In this document: positions 1 through 10,133 of the stretch, piece by piece
Layout: every line of letters starts with the position of its first letter
Numbering within the stretch: position 1 is the first letter of the stretch
Assembly: GCA_026982655.1 (NCBI GenBank)
Contig: JALSGO010000165.1
Coordinates: forward strand, 35,032 to 99,031
From: Candidatus Bipolaricaulota bacterium
GTDB lineage: Bacteria; Bipolaricaulota; Bipolaricaulia; RBG-16-55-9
Direction of reading: 5' to 3'
DNA length: 64,000 nucleotides
Made by a program: the position numbers and the translations under genes
The notes under the pieces: model-generated
Database searches by the model: none
Seen by the model: the letters and a program-made list of their open reading frames with translations, nothing else
What the model was told of the DNA's origin: nothing

Positions 1-284
1 ATCTGGCGGTGTCCCCGCCGACGGCGGTACCGCTTCTTGGGTTTGTGCTTGAACACCCGGATCTTCTCGCCCTTGAGCTCCTCGGCGATCTCGGCCACCA
101 CGGCGGCCCCCTCGACGTAGGGGGTGCCCACCTTCACCTCGGAGCCGTCGCGCACGAGGAGCACCCGGTCGAACTCGACCCGTTCCCCGGGTCGGCGGTC
201 GGGGAGGCGCTCGATGAGAACGGCGCCGCCCTCCTCCACCCGGTACTGCTTCCCGCCCGTCTCGATGATGGCGTACTTTTCCAT
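1..284 (-). CDS. rplU: 50S ribosomal protein L21 (partial; the 3' end lies beyond the window start)
   Basis: The minus-strand frame gives [19 protein letters not shown]...[14 protein letters not shown], the classic L21 signature. ATG is at 284 with an AAGGA Shine-Dalgarno (SD) sequence upstream. The frame runs off the window edge with no stop. Confidence 0.8.
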   Translation of the reverse strand, partial: MEKYAIIETGGKQYRVEEGGAVLIERLPDRRPGERVEFDRVLLVRDGSEVKVGTPYVEGAAVVAEIAEELKGEKIRVFKHKPKKRYRRRRGHRQ

Positions 285-362
285 GATGACGTCCTTCGGT
301 GCTTGGGATTGGAACGCAATATCGTCTTTGCGCGCCTATTGTACGAGAGCGGGGCCGCGAGT

Positions 363-2018
363 TCAAGGACCTTTTGGCTCCTTCAAGCGGGCATAGGTCT
401 CTTGGACCGCCTCGATGTCGACCTTCTGCAGCAGCGGCTCCGGCTCCCCCAGGGCTCTCTCCCGGGGCTCGAAGCGCAGGACGTCCTCCAAGGTGGGGCT
501 CTCCAGCGCCAACACCCGATACGCCCGCTGCGAGAAGGAGGGGACGAAGGGCTCCAGGAGGACGCTTAAGGCTCTCACCAAGGCGTAGGCCGAGGCGATC
601 GCCTCGGGTTTTGAGGACTCCCACGGCTTCTCTCGCTGGACGTACTCGTTGCCCACCACCGCCAGGTCCCCCACCCGGCGCAGCGCCGGGGCGAGCGCTC
701 CCCCCTCTATCGTTTGTTGATAGTCCCGCACCGTCTCCTCGATCGCCCTTTGGATCTCCGGGGCGACGGGGACGCCGGGGACCTTCCCGTCGTAGCGGCG
801 GCGGGTGAGGGTGGCCACCCGGTGGATGAGGTTGGCGATGTTGTTCACCAAGACACCGTTTACGGCGTTATCCAAGTCCTCCCAGCTGAAGTCGATGTCG
901 CGGGTCTCGGGGCGGAACGAGAAGAGGTAGAAGCGCCAGCAGACGGCGGGCAACAACTCCAGGGCTTCATCCCCCCAGATCCCCACCCTCCGCGTCTTGG
1001 AGAACTGCGCCCCGCCGATCCAGTTCAGATACTCGGTAGCCGCGATCTGGTCGGGCAGGTGGTAGGGGTCCCCCGTCGCCAGCAGCTGGGCGGGGAAGAA
1101 GATCGTGTGGAAGGGGATGTTGTCCTTCCCCTGGGTGTAAACGTGCTTGACGCTCCCCTCGTCCTCGGGGAGCCAGTAGCGCTTCCAGCCCTCGGGGTCG
1201 CCCTTCTGCTCGAAGTGCTCGATGGTGGCGGAGACGTACCCCAAGGCCGCCTCTGCCCAGACGTATAACACCTTCCCCTCGGCCCCCTCGAAGGGCGCGG
1301 GGATGCCCCAGCGGAGATCGCGCGTCACCGCCCGGGGGCGCAGGCCCTCTCTCAAGAGGTTCTCCGTAAAATTCTGGACGTTGTCGCTGAACCGGCGTGA
1401 GGCGAGAAACTCCTTGAGCCTTCCCTCGAGCTTGGGCAGGTCCAAATACCAGTTGCGCGTCTGCCGGAAGACGATGCTCTTCCGGCTGCAGAGCCTGCAG
1501 ATGGGGTCCACGAGTTGCTCCGGCTCTAGGAGCGAGCCGCAGTCGTCGCATTGATTGCCGTAGGCGTTGGGCGAGCCGCAGTGGGGGCAGGTCCCCCGGA
1601 TGAAACGATCCGCCAGGAACAGCTGGTCGTTCGTACAATAGGCGCGTTCCTCGTCCTGGGGGAAGATGTAACCGTTCTTCTCGGCCTTCTCATAAACTTC
1701 CCGAACGAAGCGGTAGTGCGTGGGCGTCTCCGTGGTGGTGTAGTGCATGTCGATCTCAAAGCCCTCGAGGATCTGGAGGATCCGCCGGTGGACCCGCTCG
1801 GCGAGCTCCTTAGGGGAGAGGCCCTGTTGGATGGCCTCGTACTCGATGTGGGTGCCGTGCATATCCGACCCGCTCACGTGGAGGGCCTCGTCGCCTCGCA
1901 GGCGATAGTAACGCAGGAAGGCGTCGCCCGACAGCAGCGACCCGATCAGGTTCCCCAGGTGGGGAACCCCCGAGGCGTACGGCCACGCGCTGCAGATGAG
2001 AACTCGGCGGTTCAGCAG
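363..2018 (-). CDS. metG: methionyl-tRNA synthetase (short form, no C-terminal tRNA-binding domain)
   Basis: The class I aaRS HIGH-like motif (PHLGN) follows the N-terminal WPYASG. A CPHCG...CDDCG zinc knuckle and a KFSKT (KMSKS-like) motif are present. A GGGAGGGGGG SD precedes the conserved N-terminus, but no in-frame ATG/GTG/TTG lies between the SD and the conserved VLICSAWPY. The start at 2018 is therefore a guess (CTG). Confidence 0.8.
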   Translation of the reverse strand: MLNRRVLICSAWPYASGVPHLGNLIGSLLSGDAFLRYYRLRGDEALHVSGSDMHGTHIEYEAIQQGLSPKELAERVHRRILQILEGFEIDMHYTTTETPTHYRFVREVYEKAEKNGYIFPQDEERAYCTNDQLFLADRFIRGTCPHCGSPNAYGNQCDDCGSLLEPEQLVDPICRLCSRKSIVFRQTRNWYLDLPKLEGRLKEFLASRRFSDNVQNFTENLLREGLRPRAVTRDLRWGIPAPFEGAEGKVLYVWAEAALGYVSATIEHFEQKGDPEGWKRYWLPEDEGSVKHVYTQGKDNIPFHTIFFPAQLLATGDPYHLPDQIAATEYLNWIGGAQFSKTRRVGIWGDEALELLPAVCWRFYLFSFRPETRDIDFSWEDLDNAVNGVLVNNIANLIHRVATLTRRRYDGKVPGVPVAPEIQRAIEETVRDYQQTIEGGALAPALRRVGDLAVVGNEYVQREKPWESSKPEAIASAYALVRALSVLLEPFVPSFSQRAYRVLALESPTLEDVLRFEPRERALGEPEPLLQKVDIEAVQETYARLKEPKGP

Positions 2019-3190
2019 GACCCCCCTCCCAGTGCCTTCCGCAATCGTTCTAGGCCCTCTTCGATGCGCCTGCGGGCGGTCGCGTAGGAGAAGCGCAGAT
2101 GGCCCTCTCGGCCGAAGGCCGCCCCGGGCACCGTTACGACCCCCACCTCCTCCACGAGATGGGTTGCTAACTCCGCACAGCCGTTCATCCCTCTCTGCTC
2201 CAACACACCCGTAACGTTGGGGAACGCATAGAAGGCCCCCTTGGGCACGGGGCAGCGCACCCCCGGGATCTCGTTTAGTCCTTGTACCATCAGATCGCGG
2301 CGCTTCCGATACTCCTGGATCATCTCGTGAACGCACGCTTGGTCCCCCGTGAGCGCGGCGACCGCCGCCTTCTGCGCGATGGAGGTGGGGTTGGAGGTGG
2401 ACTGACTCTGGACCTTCTCCATCGCCTTGATGACCTCCGAGGGGCCGCAGGCCCAGCCGATCCGCCAGCCCGTCATCGCGTACGTCTTCGAGCAGGAGCC
2501 CGTCACGACCACGTTCTCCTTGCCGAACCGGGAGGCCGAGAGCGGGGGCTCCTCATAGACGAATCGATCGTAGCACTCGTCGGAGATCACGTAGAAGTCG
2601 CGGGCGCGGGCCAGCTCGACGATCGCCCGAAGCTCCGAGGGCGCGATCGTCGCCCCCGAGGGGTTGTTCGGGAAGTTCAAGATGATCGCCTTCGTGCGGG
2701 GGGTGAGGGCTCCCTCGACCTCGGAGGCCGTAAGCGCGAAGCCCGCCTCCTCTCGGGCCTCCAGGGGGACGAGCCGGGCCCCCGCGAGCTGGATCTGCGC
2801 CGGGTACGTCACCCAGTAGGGCGTCGGCAGGAGCACCTCGTCGCCGGGCTCGAAGAGGACCATCGCGATCTCGTACAGGGCGTGCTTGGAGCCGCAGGTG
2901 ATGATGACCTCGCTCTGAGGGTCGAACGAAGCCTCGTACTCCCGCTCGTAGTAGAGGGAGACGGCCTCCTTGAGTTCCGGGATCCCCCCGGCCGGGGTGT
3001 ACTTCGTGAAATCGGAGGCGATCGCCTCCCACCCCGCCCGCTTGACGTGCTCCGGGGTGGGGAAGTCCGGCTCCCCGATCCCGAAGTCCACCAAGTCTTT
3101 CCCCTGGGCCCGCAGCTCCGCAGCCCTCTTCATCACCACCAGGGTGGCCGACGGGGCCAGCCGCTGCACCCGATCCGTCACCGACGGCAT
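2012..3190 (-). CDS. class I/II (aspartate-type) PLP aminotransferase
   Basis: The SCSKTYAMTGWRIGW motif contains the PLP lysine, with the whole fold recognisable over its length. The start is trimmed to the ATG at 3190, which has a GGAGG SD. The ORF-track start at 3247 has no SD. Confidence 0.8.
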   Translation of the reverse strand: MPSVTDRVQRLAPSATLVVMKRAAELRAQGKDLVDFGIGEPDFPTPEHVKRAGWEAIASDFTKYTPAGGIPELKEAVSLYYEREYEASFDPQSEVIITCGSKHALYEIAMVLFEPGDEVLLPTPYWVTYPAQIQLAGARLVPLEAREEAGFALTASEVEGALTPRTKAIILNFPNNPSGATIAPSELRAIVELARARDFYVISDECYDRFVYEEPPLSASRFGKENVVVTGSCSKTYAMTGWRIGWACGPSEVIKAMEKVQSQSTSNPTSIAQKAAVAALTGDQACVHEMIQEYRKRRDLMVQGLNEIPGVRCPVPKGAFYAFPNVTGVLEQRGMNGCAELATHLVEEVGVVTVPGAAFGREGHLRFSYATARRRIEEGLERLRKALGGGSC

Positions 3191-3368
3191 GAAGGACCTC
3201 CTCGACGTTTCTCGTACGAGTCCAACCCGAAATTCCGCGTGTCGCACCCCTCCTCCCCCTGCAGGAGGAGGAATTGGCCTATTCTACCCTCCGTCCCCAT
3301 CAGAAACAACGCATCTACGGACGATCCGTTACCGTTGTCCTCAGGAAAGGGGACGAAGGTGACGGGTA

Positions 3369-3401
3369 CGACTTACGGAGGAGCGCAGAGCCCGCTATAG
3401 T
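3369..3401 (+). promoter_or_regulatory. putative sigma-70 promoter (TTACGG, 16 nt, TATAGT) for the secreted-protein gene
   Basis: -35-like and -10-like hexamers with 16-nt spacing sit about 40 nt upstream of the ATG at 3441. Confidence 0.3.
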
Positions 3402-3440
3402 GCCCTCGATCGACAGACCTACAAAAAGGAGGCCGATCGC

Positions 3441-4385
3441 ATGAAGATGCAGAGCTGGCTGGGTGTGCTCGTTTTCGGGGTCATTCTGGGAGCCTATGGG
3501 ATCCCCGCTCCGGCGCAGGGACCAACATGGGACGTAACGCTTTCTCTGAGCGTTCCCTTCGGCCTCGAGGGGATCGCGATGGAGGAGGCCTCGCTCTCGA
3601 CCACCGCCGCCACGGCGGTGGGGGACGTTCGACTGAAGGCCGTGGCCGTCTTTACGCTCATGGGGCTCTCCGGGGCCTCCGTGAGCGCGAAGACGACGGT
3701 GGAGGAGATCTCGGTCTCTGCGAAGGCCTCCTTCTCGATGGAGGGCTTCCGCTCCGCCCGGCTCTCGCTGAGTCGGACGTTCGATCCTTTTGGGCTTTCG
3801 CTCTCCCTCTCCGTGAACCCGCAGGGCTGGGAAAGCGCGACCTTCTCCGCGCAGACGCAAACGGAGGAAGGGGTCACGTTGAGTGGGAGCACCACGATCA
3901 CGCCCGCGGGCTTCTCCCAGAAAGTTCTGAGCCTGGGGCTTCGGGTGCAGGGGCTACAGCTCCAGCGCACCACGGTGCTCACCCCCCAAGGGCTCGCTCA
4001 GGAAACGTGGAGCCTCACCGCCCAAGTGGGCGATTACACCCTCTCCCGGACGACGGTCTACACCGCCGAGGGCTTCGGCAGCGAGACGATCTCGCTGGCC
4101 ACGACGATCCGAGACATCGATGTCTCTGCCTCGACCACGTTTGATAACACCGGTTTTGCCGGAGCCGACTTGGATCTCAGCGGCCTGCTCCTGGAGGGAG
4201 TCTCCTTCCGCAGCTCCACGAGCTTCGGGCCCGGAGGCTTTCAGGAGGAGACCCTCACCCTCAGCGGCTCGTTGGGAGAGCTCAACGGGGTCGGGACGTT
4301 CCGCTTCTCTCCCGAAGGCTTCACGGGAGGCAGGCTTGACCTTAGGAGCTCCTTCCAGATGGGCGGAGAAGCCAAGGAGCAGTAG
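3441..4385 (+). CDS. secreted beta-rich repeat protein (possible outer-membrane or surface protein)
   Basis: The N-terminal signal peptide is MKMQSWLGVLVFGVILGAYGIPAPAQG, with an AAAAAGGAGG SD upstream. The mature part is Ser/Thr/Gly-rich with repeated ...EGF.../...GF... beta-strand-like modules and alternating hydrophobic residues. Confidence 0.6.
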   Translation: MKMQSWLGVLVFGVILGAYGIPAPAQGPTWDVTLSLSVPFGLEGIAMEEASLSTTAATAVGDVRLKAVAVFTLMGLSGASVSAKTTVEEISVSAKASFSMEGFRSARLSLSRTFDPFGLSLSLSVNPQGWESATFSAQTQTEEGVTLSGSTTITPAGFSQKVLSLGLRVQGLQLQRTTVLTPQGLAQETWSLTAQVGDYTLSRTTVYTAEGFGSETISLATTIRDIDVSASTTFDNTGFAGADLDLSGLLLEGVSFRSSTSFGPGGFQEETLTLSGSLGELNGVGTFRFSPEGFTGGRLDLRSSFQMGGEAKEQ

Positions 4386-4415
4386 CCTGCGGAAGCGTCC
4401 TCCTCTGACTGAGGG

Positions 4416-6215
4416 TTAAGCCGTAAGCTCCTCCAAGCGCGCGACGTAGCGCTCCAGCACGCCGAAGGCCTGCTCGACGGGCTCCCGGGACGTGAGGTCG
4501 ACCCCGGCGCGCTTGAGCGCGTCCAAGGGGTAGAGCGAGCCGCCCGCTTTTAAGAACTCCAAATACCGCTCGGCGGCCCCGGGCTCGCCGGAGAGCACCC
4601 TCTCCGCCAGGGCGTGCGCCCCGGAGATGCCCGTCGCGTACTGATAGACGTAGAAGTTCGCATAGAGGTGGGTGGGGAACTGGGCCCAGGTGATCCCCAC
4701 CCGTTCCTCGTCCAGCTCGACCTCACCGCCGAAACCCTCCTCAAAGAGCTGGGCCATGAGCTCGATGAGCCCCTGGGCGGTGAGGGGCTCGCCCCGCCAG
4801 ACGCGCTCATGAATTTCGTGCTCGAAGCGGGCCAGCGCGGGCATAATGAAGAAGTAGCGGTGGAAGTTGGCCATCGCCTCTTCGAGGACGGCGATCTGGA
4901 ACTCGCGATCCTTCTGAGTCCTTAAGAGATAACCCCGCACGAGGGCCTGGTTGAAGTTGGAAGCCACCTCCGCCACGAAGATGGAGTAGCGCGAGTAGAC
5001 GAAGGGCTGCGTCTTCCAGGTGAAGTACGAGTGGAGCGAGTGCCCCAGCTCATGGGCCAGGGTGCTCAGACTAAAGAGGTCGTCGTTGTAGCTCATGAGG
5101 ATGAAGGGGTGCGTCCCCGGCGACCCAGAGGAGAAGGCCCCCATGCGCTTCCCCTTGTTGGGGTAGACGTCCACCCAGCGTTCTTCCCATACGCCCTTGC
5201 GTAGCGTTTGAACGTACTCTTCACCCAAGGGCGCAAGGCCCTCGCAGATCCACTCGACGGCCTGTTCGTAGGGCACCCGGGGCTGCTTGTCCGTAAGGGG
5301 CGCGCGGGCATCGTAGGGATAGAGCTTGTCGTAGCCCAGCGCCCGCTTGCGCAGCCGCCAGTAGCGGTGCCAGATGGGCAAGCTCTTGCGGTAGACCTCG
5401 ATGAGGTTGTGGAAGACCTCGACGGGAATGTGGTTCGGGTAGAGGGCGGCCTCCAAGGCCGAGGCGTAGCGGCGGGCCTTGGCCAAGAACACGTGTTGCT
5501 TGACCCCGGCGCTCAGACACGCCGCGGCGGTGTTCTTGAACTGCAAATAGGCGTCGGCGTAGTTCTCCCAGGCAGTGCGGCGCAGCTCCCGATCGGGGTC
5601 CGTTAAGAGCTTCCCGAGGGTCCCCTGGGCGATCTCGAACTCCTCGCCCTTGGAGTTGCAGGCGGGCTTGAACCGTAAGTCGGCGTCGGAGAGGATCCCG
5701 TGCACCGAAGCGGCGGTGCGGAACGGGTCCATCACTTGGCTCAAGAGCTCTTCGACCTCGGGGGAGCGCACGTGCGCTTGGCGTCTATACAGGCGGTCGA
5801 AGTAGTGCTCGTAGACGGCGAGCCGGGGCTCCTCCTGCATCCAGCGTTTCAGGGTGTCGAGCCCGATGCTCAGAATTTCCGGCTCGGCGAAGGCCCCGGC
5901 GGCCATCGCGCGGGCCATCAGCCCCCGGGCGCGGTCGTTCATCGCTGCGGCCGCTTGATCTTGGGTGTTGACGGTGTAGTGGAGCGTGGCGTAGACGAGC
6001 ACTTTGCCCACGCGCCGTCCGACGTCCTCGGCGGCCTCGAACCACTCCAACAGCGTTTGGGGGTCCTTTAAGCGCCCTTGGAACCGCCCGAGTTCAGGGA
6101 GCTTCCCCTCAACGTGTTGAATGTCCGCCTCCCAGGCGTCCCTCGAGGGGTAGACGCTCGTGGGGTCCCACTTGTACCGTTCGGGGATCTCGTGTCGTTC
6201 CCGGAGTTTTTGCAT
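4416..6215 (-). CDS. pepF: oligoendopeptidase F (M3B family)
   Basis: A HELGH zinc motif is present and M3 family similarity runs over about 600 aa. The start is trimmed to the ATG at 6215 ([11 protein letters not shown]), which has a GAGGAGGAAG SD. The upstream 210 codons of the track ORF are Arg/Gly/Pro junk. Confidence 0.85.
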   Translation of the reverse strand: MQKLRERHEIPERYKWDPTSVYPSRDAWEADIQHVEGKLPELGRFQGRLKDPQTLLEWFEAAEDVGRRVGKVLVYATLHYTVNTQDQAAAAMNDRARGLMARAMAAGAFAEPEILSIGLDTLKRWMQEEPRLAVYEHYFDRLYRRQAHVRSPEVEELLSQVMDPFRTAASVHGILSDADLRFKPACNSKGEEFEIAQGTLGKLLTDPDRELRRTAWENYADAYLQFKNTAAACLSAGVKQHVFLAKARRYASALEAALYPNHIPVEVFHNLIEVYRKSLPIWHRYWRLRKRALGYDKLYPYDARAPLTDKQPRVPYEQAVEWICEGLAPLGEEYVQTLRKGVWEERWVDVYPNKGKRMGAFSSGSPGTHPFILMSYNDDLFSLSTLAHELGHSLHSYFTWKTQPFVYSRYSIFVAEVASNFNQALVRGYLLRTQKDREFQIAVLEEAMANFHRYFFIMPALARFEHEIHERVWRGEPLTAQGLIELMAQLFEEGFGGEVELDEERVGITWAQFPTHLYANFYVYQYATGISGAHALAERVLSGEPGAAERYLEFLKAGGSLYPLDALKRAGVDLTSREPVEQAFGVLERYVARLEELTA

Positions 6216-6262
6216 AGCAGGCTTCCTCCTCTCGTCCTCTCGTGGGTTATCAAGCCGTCGGT

Positions 6263-7519
6263 TCAAGACGTCGCTTCCACGCGGGCCGTGCGAAGGTGGG
6301 GATTCCGCCAGGCGAGCACCCCGGCGAAGATACCCCAAATTCCCCCTAGGACGAATACGGGGCCCGGCCCCCAAAGATCCCCGAGCCAGCCGAAGAGCGC
6401 CGCGCCTAGGGGGGCCAACAAGTTGTTGACGGCCCCCAGGAACCCGAACGCCCGCCCCAGATAGCGCTCGGGAACGGTGGACTGAACCAGAGCCGTAAAG
6501 GGAGCATTTCCCCAAGCTTCGGCCACGCCGAGCGCGAGGAAGCAGAGCGCCGTCAAGGGAAGCCAGACCGAGAGCCCAACCCCTATGAGGGCGATCCCCA
6601 TGCCTACTAGGGACAGGATCCAGATCGGACCGGCTCCGAGGCGCTCGTTGACCCAACCCACCGTCAGGCCGCCCACGATGATCCCGCCCAGGAGGATCGC
6701 CTCCAGGAGGCCGTAGATTTCCGGGCCCCCTTGGAGGTTGCGCTGCACGATGGCCGGGACCAGCGCACCGATGGCCACCAAATTGACAACCAGAGCTACC
6801 ACCATCATCCCCCGAAAGACGGGAAAGACGTGGAGCACCTCCCACCCCTCTCGCAGGGATGACCTAAATCCCCGAAGGCCGGAATCGCCGGAATCTCTCC
6901 TCCCCTGACCGGAGGGGCTAGGCCGTATGTCCTCGGGCAGGGTGCGAACGCCGAGGGCCCCCAACAGGAAGGAGAGAGCATCCACCAGGAACGCCCACAG
7001 GGTTCCCACGGCGGCGATCACGATCCCGGCCAAGCCCTTACCGACGATCTCTGCGCCCGTCAACGTGCTGCTCAGGAGGCCGTGGGCGACGACTAAGTCG
7101 CCGCGCGCGATGATGCGGGGGAGGAAGGCCATCGCGGCTTGGGAGAAGAACTGCCCTAGGACTTGCAGGACGAAGACGGCTCCAAAGGCCAGCCAGGGGG
7201 TTAACATCCCCTTCCAGGCCGCCAGGGCAACGAGCGCGACAACCCCGGCCCGCCAAAGATCCGCGTGGATCATGATCCGACGACGATCCCAGCGGTCGAC
7301 CAGCGTACCGCTCACGAGGTTGATTAGGATGACCGCCACGCGGTTTGCGATGGTCACCCCGGCCGCGGCCAACGTTGAGCCGGTGCCGGTGTAGACCAGC
7401 CACAGGAGCGCCAGATCGAAGAAGGCATCCCCCAGCCGTGAGCCCCCTCGCGTGAGGAGGAAGACGGAGAAGGCTCGGTTCTTCAGCACACGCACATAGG
7501 ATTCAGCCTTGGTCCTCAT
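6263..7519 (-). CDS. MFS transporter
   Basis: The protein has about 12 predicted TM helices and an MFS-like GxLxDRxGRR motif ([11 protein letters not shown]). The start is trimmed to the ATG at 7519 (MRTKAESYV). The gene overlaps the thrC 3' end by 17 nt. Confidence 0.7.
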   Translation of the reverse strand: MRTKAESYVRVLKNRAFSVFLLTRGGSRLGDAFFDLALLWLVYTGTGSTLAAAGVTIANRVAVILINLVSGTLVDRWDRRRIMIHADLWRAGVVALVALAAWKGMLTPWLAFGAVFVLQVLGQFFSQAAMAFLPRIIARGDLVVAHGLLSSTLTGAEIVGKGLAGIVIAAVGTLWAFLVDALSFLLGALGVRTLPEDIRPSPSGQGRRDSGDSGLRGFRSSLREGWEVLHVFPVFRGMMVVALVVNLVAIGALVPAIVQRNLQGGPEIYGLLEAILLGGIIVGGLTVGWVNERLGAGPIWILSLVGMGIALIGVGLSVWLPLTALCFLALGVAEAWGNAPFTALVQSTVPERYLGRAFGFLGAVNNLLAPLGAALFGWLGDLWGPGPVFVLGGIWGIFAGVLAWRNPHLRTARVEATS

Positions 7520-8738
7520 GGTCGCGTGAACGTCGAGCGGCAGCGTCGAGCACCGGCGGCTCCGGCCCCTCGATGAGGTCCACGTGCTTGAGCAGCGTGC
7601 CGGAGTTGAGCAGCACAACTCGCTCATCCCGCTGTAGAAAGCCCTCGCGGACGAGCTTGCGGACGACAGCCACCGTGGCTGCCCCCTCGGGCGACGCGAG
7701 AAGCCCTTCCGCGCGTGCCAGCTGCTTCATGCTCTCCAAAATCTCGCGGTCCGAGACGGCCACGGCGGTGCCCCCGCTCTCCCGAAGCACCCTCAAGATC
7801 AAGCGGTCGGCGAAGGGCTTCGGCACCCGCAGGCCCCCGGCGATCGTCCGCGCCCCCTCCCAGGGCTCCGCTTCGTCCCTGCCCTCATGGAAGGCTCTCA
7901 CGATGGGCGCGCAGCCCTCGGCCTGGACGGCGATCATCTGGGGGCGCTTTTCGCTGCGGAGCCACCCGAGCGCCCCCAGCTCCTCGAACGCCTTCCAGAA
8001 GCCCACCAGCCCCGTCCCCCCGCCCGTGGGGTAGACGATGGCGTCGGGGAGCTCCCACCGAAATTGCTCGGCCAGCTCCAGCCCCATCGTCTTCTTGCCC
8101 TCCAGACGATAGGGCTCCTTGAACGTCGAGACGTCGAACCAGCCGTGCTCCTCCCGACCCTGCTGCACGAGGCGTCCGGCGTCGCCGATCAAACCCTTCA
8201 CCCGAAAGACCCGAGCTCCTGCGGCCTGACAAACGCGCCGATTCGCCAAGGGCGCATCTTCAGGCAGGAAGACGAAGCACTCGAGCCCGGCGCGGGCGGC
8301 GTACGCACTTAACGCCTCCGCGGCGTTCCCCGCCGAGGGGATAGCCACTCTCTTGATCCCGAGCTCCACGCACTTCGAGACGGCCATCGCCAGGCCCCGG
8401 GCTTTAAAGGTCCCTGTGGGGAGGCGCGTCTCGTCCTTGAGCCACAGGTCCGTAAGCCCGAGGGCTTCGCCCAGGCGGGGCAGGGGCAACAGGGGAGTGA
8501 TCGTCTCGCCCAGGCTCACGATGTTCCGCTCGTCGAAGACGGGCAGGAGCTCCCGGTAGCGCCACATCGTCGCGGGACGCTCCTCCCATCGCTCCGGAGA
8601 GAAGGAGCGCCTTAGAGTCGCGAGGTCGTAGCGGGCGAGCAGGGGCTGTCCGCAGTCGGGGCAGGTCGTCTGCACCCTGCGGGGATCGCACGCCTGCCCG
8701 CAGGCGCTGCACTCGAGATGCGTAAAGTAGCTCTTCAT
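7503..8738 (-). CDS. thrC: threonine synthase
   Basis: The PLP-lysine motif FKARGLAMAVS is present, with an N-terminal Cys-rich MKSYFTHLECSACGQ...CPDCG and the full-length PLP fold type II. Confidence 0.85.
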   Translation of the reverse strand: MKSYFTHLECSACGQACDPRRVQTTCPDCGQPLLARYDLATLRRSFSPERWEERPATMWRYRELLPVFDERNIVSLGETITPLLPLPRLGEALGLTDLWLKDETRLPTGTFKARGLAMAVSKCVELGIKRVAIPSAGNAAEALSAYAARAGLECFVFLPEDAPLANRRVCQAAGARVFRVKGLIGDAGRLVQQGREEHGWFDVSTFKEPYRLEGKKTMGLELAEQFRWELPDAIVYPTGGGTGLVGFWKAFEELGALGWLRSEKRPQMIAVQAEGCAPIVRAFHEGRDEAEPWEGARTIAGGLRVPKPFADRLILRVLRESGGTAVAVSDREILESMKQLARAEGLLASPEGAATVAVVRKLVREGFLQRDERVVLLNSGTLLKHVDLIEGPEPPVLDAAARRSRDHEDQG

Positions 8739-9008
8739 CTACTCGAAACCGGGATCGTGGGAGGTGACGATGTGGGTGTTCGTGCTGAGCACCCCCTTGA
8801 TCTTTCCGATTTCATCCAGCACGATCTCCTCCAGGCGCTGAATGGACAGAAACGACGGGAGCTCCTCGACGCTGACCCGGGCGATGATGTCGTAATCCCC
8901 GAAGACGGTGTTCGCCCGGGCGACGTGCTCCTGCTTGCGCAGCTTCTCCACGACCTCCTTCGAGCGACCTCCTTCGCAGCGGATGAGCACATACGCTTGA
9001 ACGGCCAT
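8739..9008 (-). CDS. stand-alone Lrp/AsnC-type RAM (ligand-binding) domain protein, 89 aa
   Basis: Only the last 89 codons of the 430-aa track ORF look coding. The sequence MAVQAYVLIRCEGG...VFGDYDIIARVSVEEL matches the AsnC C-terminal domain pattern. ATG is at 9008 with a GAAGGAGG SD. Confidence 0.55.
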   Translation of the reverse strand: MAVQAYVLIRCEGGRSKEVVEKLRKQEHVARANTVFGDYDIIARVSVEELPSFLSIQRLEEIVLDEIGKIKGVLSTNTHIVTSHDPGFE

Positions 9009-9080
9009 CCGGTCCTCCTTCTCTTCCTCGGGAATGTGCCCTATCATACACGGCGGATCGGCTCGGGGAAAGGGACCGCT

Positions 9081-9983
9081 ATGCGCGAACGCGAGATGAT
9101 CCGGCTGCTGCAACGGAAGCTCCCCACGATCGGGGACGACGCCGCAGTGCTGCCCTTCGGGGAGACGCACTTGGTGCTCACCACGGACATGCTCTATCGG
9201 GGGAGCGATATCCCCGAAGGAGCGAGGCCGTGGGCGATCGGCTGGCGGGCCGTGGCCGTCTCGCTGAGCGATCTGGCCGCGATGGGTGCCCGGCCCCTGG
9301 GCGTGGTGCTCGCCCTGGGGGCGCCCCGCTTCGACTTCGAGCGCGGGCTTCTGGAGGGCGTTCTGGAGGGAGCGTTGGCCTGTTGCGACTCCGTGGACGC
9401 CCCTTACGTGGGCGGCGACCTCTCCGCGCACCGCGAGCTTACGCTGGTGAGCGCCGCCGTGGGCGAGGCCGAAAGGCCCGTCCTGCGGAAGGGGGCGCGG
9501 GTGGGCGACCTCGTGTGCGTCACGGGCGCCATGGGGCGCACCGCCGCCGCCTTGAAGCTCTTCGAGCGCGGGGACCGAGAGCGGGCCAACAGGTTGTTCG
9601 CGTTCCCGCCCCGGGTGCGCGAGGGGCGGGCGCTGGCCCCGTACGCCACGAGCCTGATCGACGTAAGCGACGGCTTGGCCCGCTCGCTCCACCTCTTGGG
9701 GGAGGCGGGCGAAGTGGGCTTTCGGGTGGAGTACGAGGCGATCCCCGTCGTGCCCGAAGTGGAGGAGCTGGCCCAAAGCGCCGAAGAACGGCGGGAGATG
9801 GCCCTCTTTTGGGGAGAGGACTTCGAGCTGCTCTTCACCCTGCCCCCCGGGTACCTTCGGCGAGCAGGGGAAGCCGTAGAGTTTGCGGTCATCGGGGAAG
9901 TCGTTCCCCCAAGCGAGGGCATCCGACTGGAGGAGGCACCGGGCAGGGCGAATCCCCTGGAGGACCGAGGCTATGAGCACTAA
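9081..9983 (+). CDS. thiL: thiamine-monophosphate kinase
   Basis: The N-terminus MREREMIRLLQRKLP is typical of ThiL. The AIR-synthase-related fold includes DAAVL...TTDMLY...DLAAMGA. The start is trimmed to the ATG at 9081. Confidence 0.8.
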   Translation: MREREMIRLLQRKLPTIGDDAAVLPFGETHLVLTTDMLYRGSDIPEGARPWAIGWRAVAVSLSDLAAMGARPLGVVLALGAPRFDFERGLLEGVLEGALACCDSVDAPYVGGDLSAHRELTLVSAAVGEAERPVLRKGARVGDLVCVTGAMGRTAAALKLFERGDRERANRLFAFPPRVREGRALAPYATSLIDVSDGLARSLHLLGEAGEVGFRVEYEAIPVVPEVEELAQSAEERREMALFWGEDFELLFTLPPGYLRRAGEAVEFAVIGEVVPPSEGIRLEEAPGRANPLEDRGYEH

Positions 9984-10133
9984 GCCCAAAGAGGGAGGGG
10001 AGGAGGTGAAGGGGAGGGCGGCTGCCAGCACGTGCGGGGGGTATTCCGCCCTCCCCTTGTGCGAAGGAGGGGAAGAGCTATCGCGGCATCTCGTCTCCCT
10101 TGCTCGGGAACCGCATCGGCATCCCCATCAGCA

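Noticed and set aside
9-569. The 186-aa plus-strand ORF at the window start
   Set aside because: It is antisense to rplU, which has a clear L21 signature on the minus strand. The composition is Leu/Gly/Asp-rich in the way typical of high-GC shadow frames.
8739-10031. The full 430-aa minus ORF
   Set aside because: It overlaps thiL on the opposite strand. Only the last 89 codons have a ribosome-binding site and a recognisable (RAM) domain.
9984-10133. A convergent-gene terminator between thiL and the cNMP-binding gene
   Set aside because: Only imperfect G/C-rich stems were found (CCCTCCCC...GGAGGGG) and there is no U-tract on either strand.
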